A stretch of 61,766 nt of DNA, counting the filler. It is 3 parts of 3 records of this genome, joined end to end, with 100 filler letters (N's around TTAATTAATTAA, not from the genome) between each part and the next. Parts side by side here need not be neighbours in the genome. Positions count along the whole stretch, not along the records: positions 38,293 to 61,766 come from DRR723986_3998; 2 more parts are not named here. One strand, written 5' to 3'. Position 1 is the stretch's first letter, and each line of letters begins with the position of its first letter. The notes below the pieces were generated by a model. It searched no databases, was not told the origin of the DNA, and worked only from the letters and a program-made list of their open reading frames with translations. Positions 46,360-57,301 of the stretch are shown in pieces. The position numbers and the translations under genes were made by a program.

Positions 46360-47100
46360 TGATAGTGTCCACCAATGATGCCGGACATCATGGGGCACTC
46401 TATGGCGGGCAAGAAGGGTTGGAAGAAGCGGTTTTGGTCGGATGACGAGAAGCGGTCGATCTGTGGGCAGATGCGCCGCCCTGCGCATGGTATCAGTTCA
46501 GCACAGATCGCTAGGGCGAACACCCTGTCAACCATCTCTCGGGCTATATCGGCACCGTGCATGTCGATGGCTTCGAGCTGTTCGGGGGAGATAAAGCCGA
46601 TGAGTAGGCCTGCATGGTGCATGTGCGTCGCAAGTTTGTGGAGGATTCCGAGCGCACCGGGGCCGATATCGCCAAACATGCCATCACGCAGATCGCAGAC
46701 CTCTATGCCGTTGAGAAGGTAGCCAAAGGCAAATCCCCCGAAGATCGTGTTGCTTTGCGTCAGGCAAAGGCCAACCCCGTCTTTGATGGGTGAGAGGTCT
46801 GGCTGCAGGTGCAGCTGCCCAAAGCCCGCGCCTATCTGAGCGACGGACAGTTGGAGCTGGACAACAACATTTGTGGACGCTCGATCCGCCCCATTACCTT
46901 GGGCCGCAAGAACTATCTGTTCATGGGCTCTGTCGGTGGCGGTAAGGTCGCTGCCATTGCCTACCCCCTGATCGATATCACCAAGATGAATGGCGTCGAT
47001 CTCGAGGTCTGGCTCACTTGGGTTCTCGACCGCCTGCCAGATCACAAATTCAACTGCATCGATGCAGTGATGCCTTGGCATTGGCGGGAAAGTAACAACC
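46360..47100 (+). mobile_element. Internally deleted IS66 remnant
   Basis: TnpA start MAGKKGWKKRFWSDDEKRSIC; TnpC pieces QIADLYAVE and YLSDGQLELDNN...GRKNYLFMGS...KMNGVD...WLTWVL. Confidence 0.82.
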
Positions 47101-47116
47101 GACGCTTTGAGTAAGC

Positions 47117-47443
47117 ATGACGCTATTTGATCTACTTTTTCTAGCGGTACCGATTGCCGCCATTGTCGCGTTCAGATACTCGTCGGTCGGCTGGATCAAA
47201 CGAATATTCTGGGTTCCTACTTTACAGATCATTCTGATCCCTGTGCTGATATTTATCGAGGATCGATGCCCAGGTCATGGGGTTAAACTGTCGTGGATCA
47301 AGCGTGGTAACCAGTTTTTGGATCAATATGCCGACATGATCGCTGTGCAGCTCAACGTAAATGTGTTTTCATTCTTGGCGCTTCTGCCAGCACTTGTTGT
47401 GCAAGCTATTGCCGAAGCGGTCGTGCGAAAGAGCAGTAAGTAG
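47117..47443 (+). CDS. Hypothetical membrane protein (108 aa)
   Basis: Three hydrophobic segments, ATG start. Confidence 0.55.
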   Translation: MTLFDLLFLAVPIAAIVAFRYSSVGWIKRIFWVPTLQIILIPVLIFIEDRCPGHGVKLSWIKRGNQFLDQYADMIAVQLNVNVFSFLALLPALVVQAIAEAVVRKSSK

Positions 47444-47796
47444 GGCTATCGCGTTGCTTCGCTCAAGGAGAAATCGACATCATCGAAGGGATACCGCGCA
47501 GTCAGTCTTCCAGCTTATTAAAGGCCAATTTTGCATGCGATTGTCGCAGTGTCGCTCAGAATATGTTGCCGGATCAACGAAAAGCCAAAATCTGAGCTAA
47601 ACCAAGTTGAAACTGCTGTCTCTCAGTGGGGTAGAGCCGGGGTTGTGAGTGATGGCGATAAGCCAGCAACAAGCCAAAAAAGGCTCCTTTCTCTATGGAA
47701 CTTGCTTGAATTTCGCGTGGTTTGAGCAATATAGTGGCCGAAATCCAAAGCGTTTGGAGTTGATCTCCACGCTTACCTTAAGCAACGTTAGGCTTC

Positions 47797-48657
47797 ATGA
47801 CCACTGACATCTATCCCTTGCGAAAGCCCGATGTACTTTGCATCGGGGCACAAAAAGCTGGAACTTCTTGGTTACACGAAGTCCTTGGGCGACATATTGA
47901 TATTTGGGTGCCTCCCTTTAAAGAGTTACATTTTTTTGATCACAAGTTTGTCCTCGAAAATAGGAAGTGGACAAAATGGCACGTTCAAAAGGGGGTCAAT
48001 GAGGCCATTAAGGGCCATAATCGAGGGAATAGTAATCCAGATCAAGAGTACTTGAATTACTTGAATAAGATAATGGAGCCTCCGATGTTCAATGGGCGTT
48101 GGTACAAGTTTGTTTTTTCTAGGGCTCCGAAAAATTGTTTAGGTTTGGACGTATGTCCTGAATATTGCACCATCTCTGATGAGGGTGTAAAGTTTGTGAA
48201 GAAGTACCTACCCAAAGGGAAATATATTTATATTATTCGTAGCCCTTTTGAGAGAGCGCTGTCACAACTGAAGATGAATGTGGGTAGGAATGCCAACTTT
48301 GATCTTCTTAGCGAAGAAAAGTGGTTTGAGAAGGCGAAAGAACCTGTTGTCCTTCAACGAGGTGATTATTCTCAGTATGTACCTAGATGGGCGGATAATA
48401 TGGGTCCGGGAAACACATTATTTCTTCCATTCGGTGAAATTTCTCGAAATCCACTCCGTTTATTGAGGGGTGTTGAGGATTTCCTATCTATTCGAAACGT
48501 TCCACATGATTGGGCGACCAGAAAAATTCATCCAACGCAGAATTTTTCCGTACCCCCTCAGGTTATGGATTTTCTCAAAGAAAAAACTTACAATCAAGAA
48601 GTTTTTGTTAGAGAGTTTTTTGGAAGTGATTTTGTTTCGAAGATGAGGGAGACTTAG
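47797..48657 (+). CDS. PAPS-dependent sulfotransferase
   Basis: 5'-PSB CIGAQKAGTSWL, KELHFFD, 3'-PB IRSPFERALSQ. Confidence 0.9.
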   Translation: MTTDIYPLRKPDVLCIGAQKAGTSWLHEVLGRHIDIWVPPFKELHFFDHKFVLENRKWTKWHVQKGVNEAIKGHNRGNSNPDQEYLNYLNKIMEPPMFNGRWYKFVFSRAPKNCLGLDVCPEYCTISDEGVKFVKKYLPKGKYIYIIRSPFERALSQLKMNVGRNANFDLLSEEKWFEKAKEPVVLQRGDYSQYVPRWADNMGPGNTLFLPFGEISRNPLRLLRGVEDFLSIRNVPHDWATRKIHPTQNFSVPPQVMDFLKEKTYNQEVFVREFFGSDFVSKMRET

Positions 48658-48659
48658 TC

Positions 48660-49010
48660 GTGGGAGAAGTAGCATCGAATAGTTGGCGCGTTCTAATTGA
48701 AATTTCTGGCGATAGGTGTGAGTTTTCATCTAGTCAAGGGTGCAGTTCACTTTTTCCAGAAGTTGAGGTAGGGGTGACTGCCATTTATGACTATCTTTCT
48801 TTGATCCAGGATATTTCTCGCCAGCTGCAGGAACTTAAAAAGGATGACGTGGAAATAGTGTCAAGGTTGATTCGGGCCCTTGATCTCAAGGCGCTAGGGT
48901 ATTTGACCTTGGCAAGCAATACCGCGTTGGAGATACAAAGTGTTGTTGAGGGGGACATACCGAAGGGATGTTTTGGATTCCCAGAATTTTCAACTCAAGA
49001 GAAGAAATGA
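48660..49010 (+). CDS. Hypothetical protein, probably cotranscribed with the sulfotransferase
   Basis: GTG start 3 nt after upstream stop; helical composition. Confidence 0.45.
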   Translation: MGEVASNSWRVLIEISGDRCEFSSSQGCSSLFPEVEVGVTAIYDYLSLIQDISRQLQELKKDDVEIVSRLIRALDLKALGYLTLASNTALEIQSVVEGDIPKGCFGFPEFSTQEKK

Positions 49011-49248
49011 GTGAGGGTTAGGGGGGGTAAGGTATCTACTTAATTGATTTTCCTTGTGTCAACGAAGTCTCTTGTTTCAAGAATAAGTGGGTATCACTTT
49101 TCAAACTCTGGATCTATTAAGTCGGTTAAAGCTTTGGGGCAACCGCAATCTATTTGCTGTAAATGCGGGTGGTTTTCAGGCAGATTTTACCAATTTAACG
49201 GCCGCCATATGGCGCGCCTTCAACAAGGTTTCACTAAAGGAAGCGGTG

Positions 49249-49985
49249 TGAAGTAGTCCCGGAAAATTGGATAGTGATTTAAGGCGTATCCAACCCTTTT
49301 GGAGGGGTACGAAAATGGCAACGCGCCGAAATTTTACAGATCAGTTTAAAGTCAAAGTTGCGTTGGAGGCGCTGTGTGGCGACAAGACCGTGTAGGAGAT
49401 TACAACGAAACATCAGTTGCACTTAAATCAGGTCAGCACGTGGAATCGCCAGGCAATTGATTGGATGGAGTAGGTGTTCTTGGGTGGAGGCAAGCCAGCA
49501 GGCCCCGTCGAGGGGGAAGTCAAAGATCTGCATGTTAAGATCGGGAGGCTGGCGGTCGAGAACGATTTTTTTCCGAAGGACTGAAGCTATGAGCCGGATA
49601 AGAAACGCCCCTTGGTCAATCGCGGTCATCCTGGTCTGAGCGTCACCCAGCAATGCAAGCTGGTGTGCCTTAGTTGCTCTGCCTTTTGTTAGGCGCCTGT
49701 TGGGATCGACGGCGACACGCTTGCGATGGTGAGCGAGGGTGATTGCGTGTTCACCAAATACCTGTTCTTTGGATCACGCCAGAACTCAGCCTACTTGCGC
49801 CGAGAGGGCACCATTGTTGGGCGTCATCGGGTACGCCGTATGATGGCGAAAATGGGGCTGGGGGTCATCTACAAACGCCCGAGAGCCAGTCAACCGCCCG
49901 AGCCAAGTTTGGTGCGCTGACATCACCTTCGTGCCGGTCAACAAACGGCTTCCTCAATCTTGTGGTGATCATGGGCTATGCATCC
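49249..49985 (+). mobile_element. Decayed IS3-family element
   Basis: TGAAGTAGTCCCGGAAAATTGG end; orfA MATRRNFTDQFKVKVALEAL with internal stops; orfB FFGSRQ...VGRHRVRRMMAKMGL. Confidence 0.82.
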
Positions 49986-50087
49986 TGACCCATTTGATTG
50001 TTAACCCTTAATAAGATTTGTGTTCGCGTCGATGCAATTTACTGAGTAAAATCCATCCACTGTGCCGACAAATGTAGGTGGTTTGTA

Positions 50088-51185
50088 ATGTTTATGTTGA
50101 TGACTGCTCTGAGTGCCTTGCTGGGCGTATCTATGTTCTTGGGGGATAATGAAGATGATGATGGCACTGAGCAGGAGATCGAAAGGCGAGATGTTGACGA
50201 AAGTGGGGAATTTCTCGACTCTATCCTGCCTGCAGTAAGTGAAGACGAGGCTGAGGGAGATACTCCAACTTCCGACGCTGACGAAGGTCATCCGTCGGAA
50301 GGCGTGGGAGAAGCTTGGCCCAACTCTGAAGATCAGCCAGACGAGGAAGGGGATATCTATACTATACCTGCTGTGGGAACTGCTGGAGAAGACTTGTTGG
50401 AAATCGATGGGTTTCGAGTGGGCATTGATAGTATTCATGTTGAACCAAGTAGTTCAGTGTCAGAGCTGTGGTCCAGCCCAGTGGTAGAGTTCATCGCTGA
50501 GGAAGATAACGGTACGATTGTTCGCATTTCGGGACAAGATGTTTGCCGGATCTTAGAGGTGACGGAAGTAATGGACGAGGCAGATATTGTACTCCTAAGA
50601 ACTCAAGGGCATGTACTCGGAAGCGATAATGATGATGCAATTTCTGGGACTGAGGCAAATGATACGATTTCTGGATTCGGTGGTACAGATACTATCGTAG
50701 GGGCTGGAGGAGATGACTTTATTGTTTCTGGGCTGGAAGGTGATAGCTCGATCGAAGGCGGTACCGGGAATGATACAGTATGGGGTGGAAACGGAAACGA
50801 AGAAATTTATGGCGGGGTAGGCGATGACTATCTCCTTGGCGGCACGGGGGCTGATGAGCTATTTGGTGGTGAAGGAAATGACACTCTAACGGTACTTGGA
50901 GGTGATACAGCTTCTGGGGGAGAGGGCGGTGACCATTTTCAGGTTGTAGCTGAAAGTCATTCGTACTCGGAGAGCGATGACTTAGGAATAATTGCCGACT
51001 TTGAACCGGGTGTTGATCAAGTTTTCGTTGAAATTTCGCCAGGTGAAAGTATCCCAGAAGTAGAAATTGTTAGCTTGGAGGGAAATGCTATTCTCAATTT
51101 GGATGGAAACCCTGTTTGCCTTTTTCCAAATATGGCTGGGCTGGTGGATCGAGCGGACGTCACATTCTTGGCTCTTGATCGGTAG
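50088..51185 (+). CDS. Acidic Ca2+-binding RTX-repeat protein with hydrophobic N-terminus
   Basis: GGxGxDx nonapeptides (GGTGNDTVW, GGVGDDYLL, GGEGNDTLT); IADFEPGVD; MFMLMTALSALLGVSMFL. Confidence 0.88.
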   Translation: MFMLMTALSALLGVSMFLGDNEDDDGTEQEIERRDVDESGEFLDSILPAVSEDEAEGDTPTSDADEGHPSEGVGEAWPNSEDQPDEEGDIYTIPAVGTAGEDLLEIDGFRVGIDSIHVEPSSSVSELWSSPVVEFIAEEDNGTIVRISGQDVCRILEVTEVMDEADIVLLRTQGHVLGSDNDDAISGTEANDTISGFGGTDTIVGAGGDDFIVSGLEGDSSIEGGTGNDTVWGGNGNEEIYGGVGDDYLLGGTGADELFGGEGNDTLTVLGGDTASGGEGGDHFQVVAESHSYSESDDLGIIADFEPGVDQVFVEISPGESIPEVEIVSLEGNAILNLDGNPVCLFPNMAGLVDRADVTFLALDR

Positions 51186-51246
51186 CCTGGCGACCGTAGT
51201 ATATAGACTTGGAGTTTTTTCAGTTCATCTTTTGTTGAGGCACTTC

Positions 51247-52524
51247 AGGACCTGTCCCGCTTTCGTGTCGCCCCAACAGCTCATTTGAGCCTCTTTTCGT
51301 TCGAACGTGTCCGGATTTTTACATCCCAGTGCTGGGTGAAGTGTCGCGGAGCGTAGGAGCCGTCAATGTATTTGAAGATTGCCATCTCAGCCTGCCGTCT
51401 TGTTTCCCACGACCTACGCCAGATCAGTTCGGCCTTGATGGTTTTGAAGAACGTCTCAACAGCTGCATTATCGTAGCAATTGCCCTTGCCACTCATCGAC
51501 GCTTTGAAGCCATGCTGACGCAGGATCTTCTGATAATCGTGAGAGCAATATTGCGACCCACGATCCGAGTGATGAACGCAGCCTTTGGGCGGTGCCCTGA
51601 ATGCAATCGCCATCTCCAGCGCCCGGATTGCAAGGTCACGTTTCATGCGGTTGCTCATGGCCCAGCCGATCACGCGCCTTGAATGCAGGTCCAGGATGAC
51701 AGCCAGATACAGCCACCCCTCACGCGTCCAAATGTAACTGATATCGCCCGCCCACTTTTGGTTGGGCGCATCAGCGTTGAATTCACGATCCAGCAGGTTC
51801 GGCGCAATGTTGAATCTTTGATTACTATCGGACGTCATCTTTTACTTGCCCGTTCTGACAACCGACATACCGTTCTGACAGCAAATATGCTGTTCTGACG
51901 TATTATGCGAACCATACGACGGTGCACAACATGCAAGCAAATCTCCTCAAATTCTTCCGTCATTCTGAGCTTGCCTTAGTTGTCAAACGAGGGACGCGAC
52001 TGTTCACTGGTATGCGTCAGCGTGACCAGATCGGGCCGCTGTCAGCAACTGGCGGGGCGGCTGCGGAAAACTGAAAATCGCGCGGGTTGACACCCATGAC
52101 ATCACACGGCCCGTGAGTGGGGGAGCTGTCGCGGTGTTCCTCAGCTCTCGTGCATGTAAATATTCACTGCTGGCAACGGATGAACCCTAGATTGATGACC
52201 TTTAGCCTGCGAAGAACTACGTCGCCCCTTTAAGTACTTCACCTTCTACTCGATAAGACGGTTCTCACGTCGAAGCCGTTCATTCTCTTTGGGCAAGGCT
52301 CAAACCCCAGTTCGCCACTACGTCAATGTCTCGGTGGGTCGTGATCCATTGGCTCAGTGGCGAGATGCTAACGCCAAGATCATCAGACATCAGCTTACGC
52401 GTCAGCCCACTGGGTGCTATTCGAATTACATCTCGTCGAAATTCGCCCGTCCGTTTCGTACCCATATTTCTCCCCTTTGCTGCAATGGGGCTATCGAAGG
52501 AGCGGTACAAACGCGACTGGTTCA
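51247..52524 (-). mobile_element. Full-length but decayed IS3-family element; rve core still open at 51281-51838
   Basis: WAGDISY, HHSDRGSQY, GNCYDNAAVETFF; orfA remnant MGTKRTGEFRRD; imperfect terminal repeats. Confidence 0.88.
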
Positions 52525-52600
52525 GTCTCAAGGCCTACCATTCAGCAGCCGCTCTCGTCACTTTGATCATCCATTGTCTATGGTTCTTGAGCCTAGACCC
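52525..52600 (+). mobile_element. IS5 (IS427 group) right-end scrap
   Basis: Similar to 42415-42470 (gctctcg.c.ctttgatcatc...tggttctt). Confidence 0.5.
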
Positions 52601-52971
52601 CAAGCAACAGCGTAAAGGAACTTCTGCAATTTATTTGGTTTGTGTAAAAACTCTCCTCCAAAGTCAGAACCAAAAAGGGAAAAAACCTTTCCTGTGCCAT
52701 ATAAGTGAGGTCAATTTATTGAATTTTTGTTTAGTTTTTTTGGCTGGGGGTTGTAAATTTAGTTGGATATGGCTTCTGGTTTTATCGATTTTTCGTGTTT
52801 TTCGGTCTCGACCCGAATTCAAAAAAGGGGGGGTAGATATGGAGGGGAATTTTGGAAACTTTTAAATATATGGAATTAATTTAACGTTTAACTCTCCGCT
52901 GCTCGTTCACCGGAAATCCGCCAAGTTTTTGCCATCATTCGAGGAAGAATGGGGTAAAAGGCGGTGGTGTA

Positions 52972-55953
52972 ATGCAGAGAAGTTTAGTTGAATTTGGGCG
53001 GGAAGAATGGGTGGAAAACCCTATGTCAGGAAATACTTCGCCGGTTGTGAGTGAGTATCTATTTGGAGGTATTTCCCTAAATGCGCAAGACAGGGTAGGA
53101 GAAACGCCTTATGTGGAACACTATGAGGGTGTTCATAGGGAACTATCTCTAAATTATGTGAGATATCCTGATGGCGAAATGCCGGACGGTTTTGTTGTGG
53201 AACGCAGTGATGGTTCTTGGGGGTTTCGGCACAACAATTTGAATAATGGTAATAGTCAAACATTTAGCCACCCTATCACTGGTGAAACCATACGAAGCGG
53301 CTTTGAATTAACTCAGGATTATATAGACGCGTTGCCCCCAGCATTTAGCTTGAAATACACGGAGTTGATACATGAAGGTTTGCTAGAGTCGGGTGGTCGC
53401 CAAAGTTTCACAGAAAGCTTGGAGTTTGCCGTGAGTAATAACTCTGCGTTTTCTTTGGTGCTGCCGGAATTTGAGTACCTGAAAATTCCGGTGAACAGGA
53501 CGCTCAGTGATGGTACCCGATTAGAGTTCAATCCGACAGATCACATCTACTATGAGGAGCTGAAAGGTGATTTAAAACTATTTTTGGAAAACGTTTTTTT
53601 GAACGGGTCATATAATGGTGGAGTCCTGCCGGAGCCGATGATTTTGGAACTGGGGAATGAGGATTTTTTTGGTTGGAACTCTAGCTTCTTTTCCCGAGAT
53701 TCAGGTAGAGATCTCGATAGTTATTCGGCATATTCTTTAGCGTGTCTCGAAGCAATTTCAGAGTTTCGAGAGGGCAACGAAGGCGTTGATTTTATGGTTT
53801 CTCTGCAGGCGCATGGAGGAAACTATGTTCAGGAGTTATACGATAACTTTGAAGAGGCAGAGGCAACTCATCTTTTTGCGGAAGTCAATATGATTGACGT
53901 TATGCATGTGGGGTTAAGTGCGACTGTTGATACCGTAAGGAATATTGAAGAGAACTGGACTATTACTTCTGGCATTCAACGTTTGCGTGATATTGTGGAA
54001 GCCGAGGGTGGAAGCATTCCAGATGGAAACATTAACATGTCCGCCTGGAGTGCCGCTGCAGTAGCAGAAAATGCTGAAGATCTGGGCAATTTCTCACTCT
54101 CTTCTGCGAGTAGCCTGCTTTCCCTGTTCTCTGGTTTAGCGGAGCTCGGGTTTGGTTTCGCTGCCAATTGGGGTATTGGTGCTTGGCGGGGATTTGGTAC
54201 ACAAGCAACTAATACAGAAAATGGTGAGGTTCGGTATTCACCGTATGCAGAGCTGCTTCGATCTATGGAGGAAAGCATCGTAGGCACTCGTCAAGTACAA
54301 ACCGACCTTATGGATGTAGATCAAAGTTCAGACTACTCAGTGTATGCGTTTGAGGACGACGCGAAAGGCGTGATGTTTGTGTCTGCGAATAATTTTTCAG
54401 GTGACATTGAGTTGGAAGTTAGCGGATTCGGGGAATTTTCTTCTATTTGGTATGAGCGGATATCCGTTGAGGAGAATAGCCAGGGGGAGAGTCAAACCGT
54501 AGTTACGAGAGGCATTCCAGAAATGAGTATGGGAGTTATAGCCTTGTCGATTAATCAACCTTACGAAGTTTTACGAGTAATTGTTGCACGTTCTGATGCT
54601 GGGCAGGCTGGCTTGCATTTATGGGGCGGAGATCAGGGCAGCGATTTACGAGGGGGGCTTGGGCAAGATTTGGTCGAAGGTGGAGTCGGTTCTGACTTTC
54701 TTCGAGGAGATTCCGGTGACGACATTCTGGTTGGCGGATTGGGAAGCGACACACTTAGAGGGGGGGAGGGTGCTGATGAGATTTATTGCGGAATTCGGCC
54801 AGGTTCTAATCGCTATGTGACAGACTATGAAATTTCTCGAGACTTGGCCTCCCTTGCAGGAAGTGGCGTTGACCGAGTTTCTGCTGGCTCAGGGAACGAC
54901 ACGGTTCATGGTGGTTTCGAAAACACAAGAGTTTATCTAAATCAGGGTGATGACTTATTCAATGGAGATGCGAATTACGATAGCCCGTGGGGGGATTCGG
55001 TGTTTGGAGGGTACGGTAATGATACAATTTACGGAGCGAGCGGGAATGATATGCTTCGCGGTCAATGGGGCGACGATGTCATTTTTGGAGGCGTAGGAGA
55101 CGACACCGTTTTTGGAGGGGACGGTCGCGATAGCGTACATCTAGGTTCGGGTGATGACATATTTTACGACACCCCTCAACATGGGCGTTATTCGCGTGAC
55201 ACAGTCTTTGGTGGACACGGAGATGATACTATCCATGGCGGTGGGGGAAACGACGTTTTCAACGGTCAATCGGGAAATGACGAAATTTGGGGAGGTAACG
55301 GCTTTGATACTATCTCAGCTGGGTTGGGGCAAGACACGGTTTATGGAGGTAATGGGAGGGATTTAGTTTTTCTGAATGTAGGGGATGACATATTTTATGA
55401 CAATTGGCAGTCAGGAAGCTTTGCTCAAGACACTGTTTTTGCTGGATACGGTAATGATACCATCAATGGCGGTGGCGGAAACGACGTTTTTCATGGACAG
55501 TGGGGGAATGATCTATTGTTTGGGGGTACTGGGAACGATCTCCTTTTTGGAGGAGAAGGTCGCGACACAATTAGGGCAGGCGCCGGGAATGATACCGTAT
55601 TTGGTGGAGCAGATCAAGATTTTATTGATTTAGGTCAAGGCGATGACCGATATGTGGATCGCGTGCCTGGTGGATATTCAAGTAACGATACCATTTCTGG
55701 GGGGGAGGGAAGCGACGAGTTTGTATTCTATGGGAATACTTCAGAGGAAGTAATTACCGATTTTGAGATAGGGTCGGATCGACTTACTTTGTCGTCTAGT
55801 TTGTGTGGTGGGCGCAATGTTAGTGAGCTCGTCTCTGAAAATTTGCAATTCAATGATAACGGGGTATTTTTGATATTTTCGGATGATCAGTCAATATTCT
55901 TGGAGGGTATTACTAGCTCAGTAGGGCTTGAAAGTGACATTACGATTCTCTAG
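52972..55953 (+). CDS. Large RTX (type I secreted) protein with N-terminal glycoside-hydrolase-like domain; alternative start 53023
   Basis: YVRYPDG and LELGNE motifs; many GGxGxD repeats; C-terminal ITDFEIGSDRLTL-type secretion tail. Confidence 0.88.
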   Translation: MQRSLVEFGREEWVENPMSGNTSPVVSEYLFGGISLNAQDRVGETPYVEHYEGVHRELSLNYVRYPDGEMPDGFVVERSDGSWGFRHNNLNNGNSQTFSHPITGETIRSGFELTQDYIDALPPAFSLKYTELIHEGLLESGGRQSFTESLEFAVSNNSAFSLVLPEFEYLKIPVNRTLSDGTRLEFNPTDHIYYEELKGDLKLFLENVFLNGSYNGGVLPEPMILELGNEDFFGWNSSFFSRDSGRDLDSYSAYSLACLEAISEFREGNEGVDFMVSLQAHGGNYVQELYDNFEEAEATHLFAEVNMIDVMHVGLSATVDTVRNIEENWTITSGIQRLRDIVEAEGGSIPDGNINMSAWSAAAVAENAEDLGNFSLSSASSLLSLFSGLAELGFGFAANWGIGAWRGFGTQATNTENGEVRYSPYAELLRSMEESIVGTRQVQTDLMDVDQSSDYSVYAFEDDAKGVMFVSANNFSGDIELEVSGFGEFSSIWYERISVEENSQGESQTVVTRGIPEMSMGVIALSINQPYEVLRVIVARSDAGQAGLHLWGGDQGSDLRGGLGQDLVEGGVGSDFLRGDSGDDILVGGLGSDTLRGGEGADEIYCGIRPGSNRYVTDYEISRDLASLAGSGVDRVSAGSGNDTVHGGFENTRVYLNQGDDLFNGDANYDSPWGDSVFGGYGNDTIYGASGNDMLRGQWGDDVIFGGVGDDTVFGGDGRDSVHLGSGDDIFYDTPQHGRYSRDTVFGGHGDDTIHGGGGNDVFNGQSGNDEIWGGNGFDTISAGLGQDTVYGGNGRDLVFLNVGDDIFYDNWQSGSFAQDTVFAGYGNDTINGGGGNDVFHGQWGNDLLFGGTGNDLLFGGEGRDTIRAGAGNDTVFGGADQDFIDLGQGDDRYVDRVPGGYSSNDTISGGEGSDEFVFYGNTSEEVITDFEIGSDRLTLSSSLCGGRNVSELVSENLQFNDNGVFLIFSDDQSIFLEGITSSVGLESDITIL

Positions 55954-56711
55954 AATCAGAAGCTCAAAAAATCCTTCCTGTTTTGTCTCGGCGCTTTCAG
56001 TGTTGAGGTTGGGGACGGGATTTATTCGGCAAACCTGCTAAATGACGAGATCCCTCTTCCTTCGTCGGAATTATTCTAGGGGGTATGTGGCAATTTCCCT
56101 TGCTGTCGAACAATTCTCTCAAAGAAGAAACCCACTGTATTGGGGAAAGGGGGGGGCACGAGCTAGGTCTCATGCGTGTTTTTGGCTGGAATCTGGGCTG
56201 GCGAATGTCCCGCCCTCCGTGACCCTCTTGCAGTGATTTAGCCCTGTCCGGTCGCTAGGAAATAGAGGATGATACTTTGATGCTAGTTGGTGGGACTTAT
56301 CTCAATTTAGTTCAGGTTTCTGTCTAGCGATGCTCGCAATGAGGGAGGCAATTTATTTCACCGAGATACAGCGATGAATTTCGGGGGTGATGTGGTTCGG
56401 ATAGCAACGGCATACGACTTGATGCGCCCGAAAATTGCTTCAGGTATGGGCGTTGCGGGGAGGCAGAGCAAAATAGATTCATCGCCATCCGAGTCAGGAC
56501 TTGATGACCGGCCCGCATGAGGGTGTTGAAAAAGGGAGCGCGCGCCTTTGCAAAGAATATGACTACTCCGCGACGAGAGGGACATGCAAAAAGGGCGACG
56601 ATCTTGGTTGCAGGTAAGAGGCCATTTTTCACGACACAATTGGGTCCTATCTCCGACAAATCACGACTCGTGGGCGTAATTTTCGATGCCATGACACGCA
56701 TGAAGTAGCTA

Positions 56712-57301
56712 GGCGTTGTTGCAGGACTCCCTCTTGAGGCCTGGCTACCCCTTTCCCCTCTGAATTTAGGCGACGCGAAAAATCGCGGCGGTGCCGGGTG
56801 CATTGAAGCGATTGATGAGGGCGATGCGGATGTGGATTTCGGTGGTTTGGCGATCAGGGCCTCTTACGGCGATGCGTTCACCGAATGCTTTCGAGCAGCG
56901 CACCTTTGCCTCGACCCGGCTCCGGGAATTGTATCCTGTCCAGCGCTTCCAGAAGGCCAGGCCGTAGTGTCGGGTGGCGCGCAGGGTTTCGTTTCTAACC
57001 TGCGCTGCCAGGCAGCCTTCTTTCCATGGCCGTCCATTCTTGCGGATAGGGATAATCGGGACGGCGTTACGCTCGATATGGCGGAGTGGGAACGGCGCGT
57101 GTCATAGGCCCCGTCTGCAGTCAAGCTGCCGATCTCTTTGCCCAACCAGGTCAGAAGCGACCCGCGCTTCCTGAGCGCATCGTTGTAGCTGGACCAATTC
57201 GTTGTGCGGTAGTGGGCAGGTGTGGACTTGCTCATCTACCCTGTCTAACCGCTTGGGTTTGTTATGTGAATCCTTGGCGGTCAGAATTCTGCAACAACGC
57301 C
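56712..57301 (-). mobile_element. Internally deleted IS5-family (IS903 group) element with both terminal repeats
   Basis: GGCGTTGTTGCAG at 56712 and its reverse complement ending 57301; YRTTNWSSYNDALRKRGSL fused directly to ADGAYDTR. Confidence 0.88.

Noticed and set aside
52876-52892. CtrA-like site upstream of the large RTX gene
   Set aside because: Spacing is TTAA-N8-TTAAC rather than N7 and the context is AT-rich.
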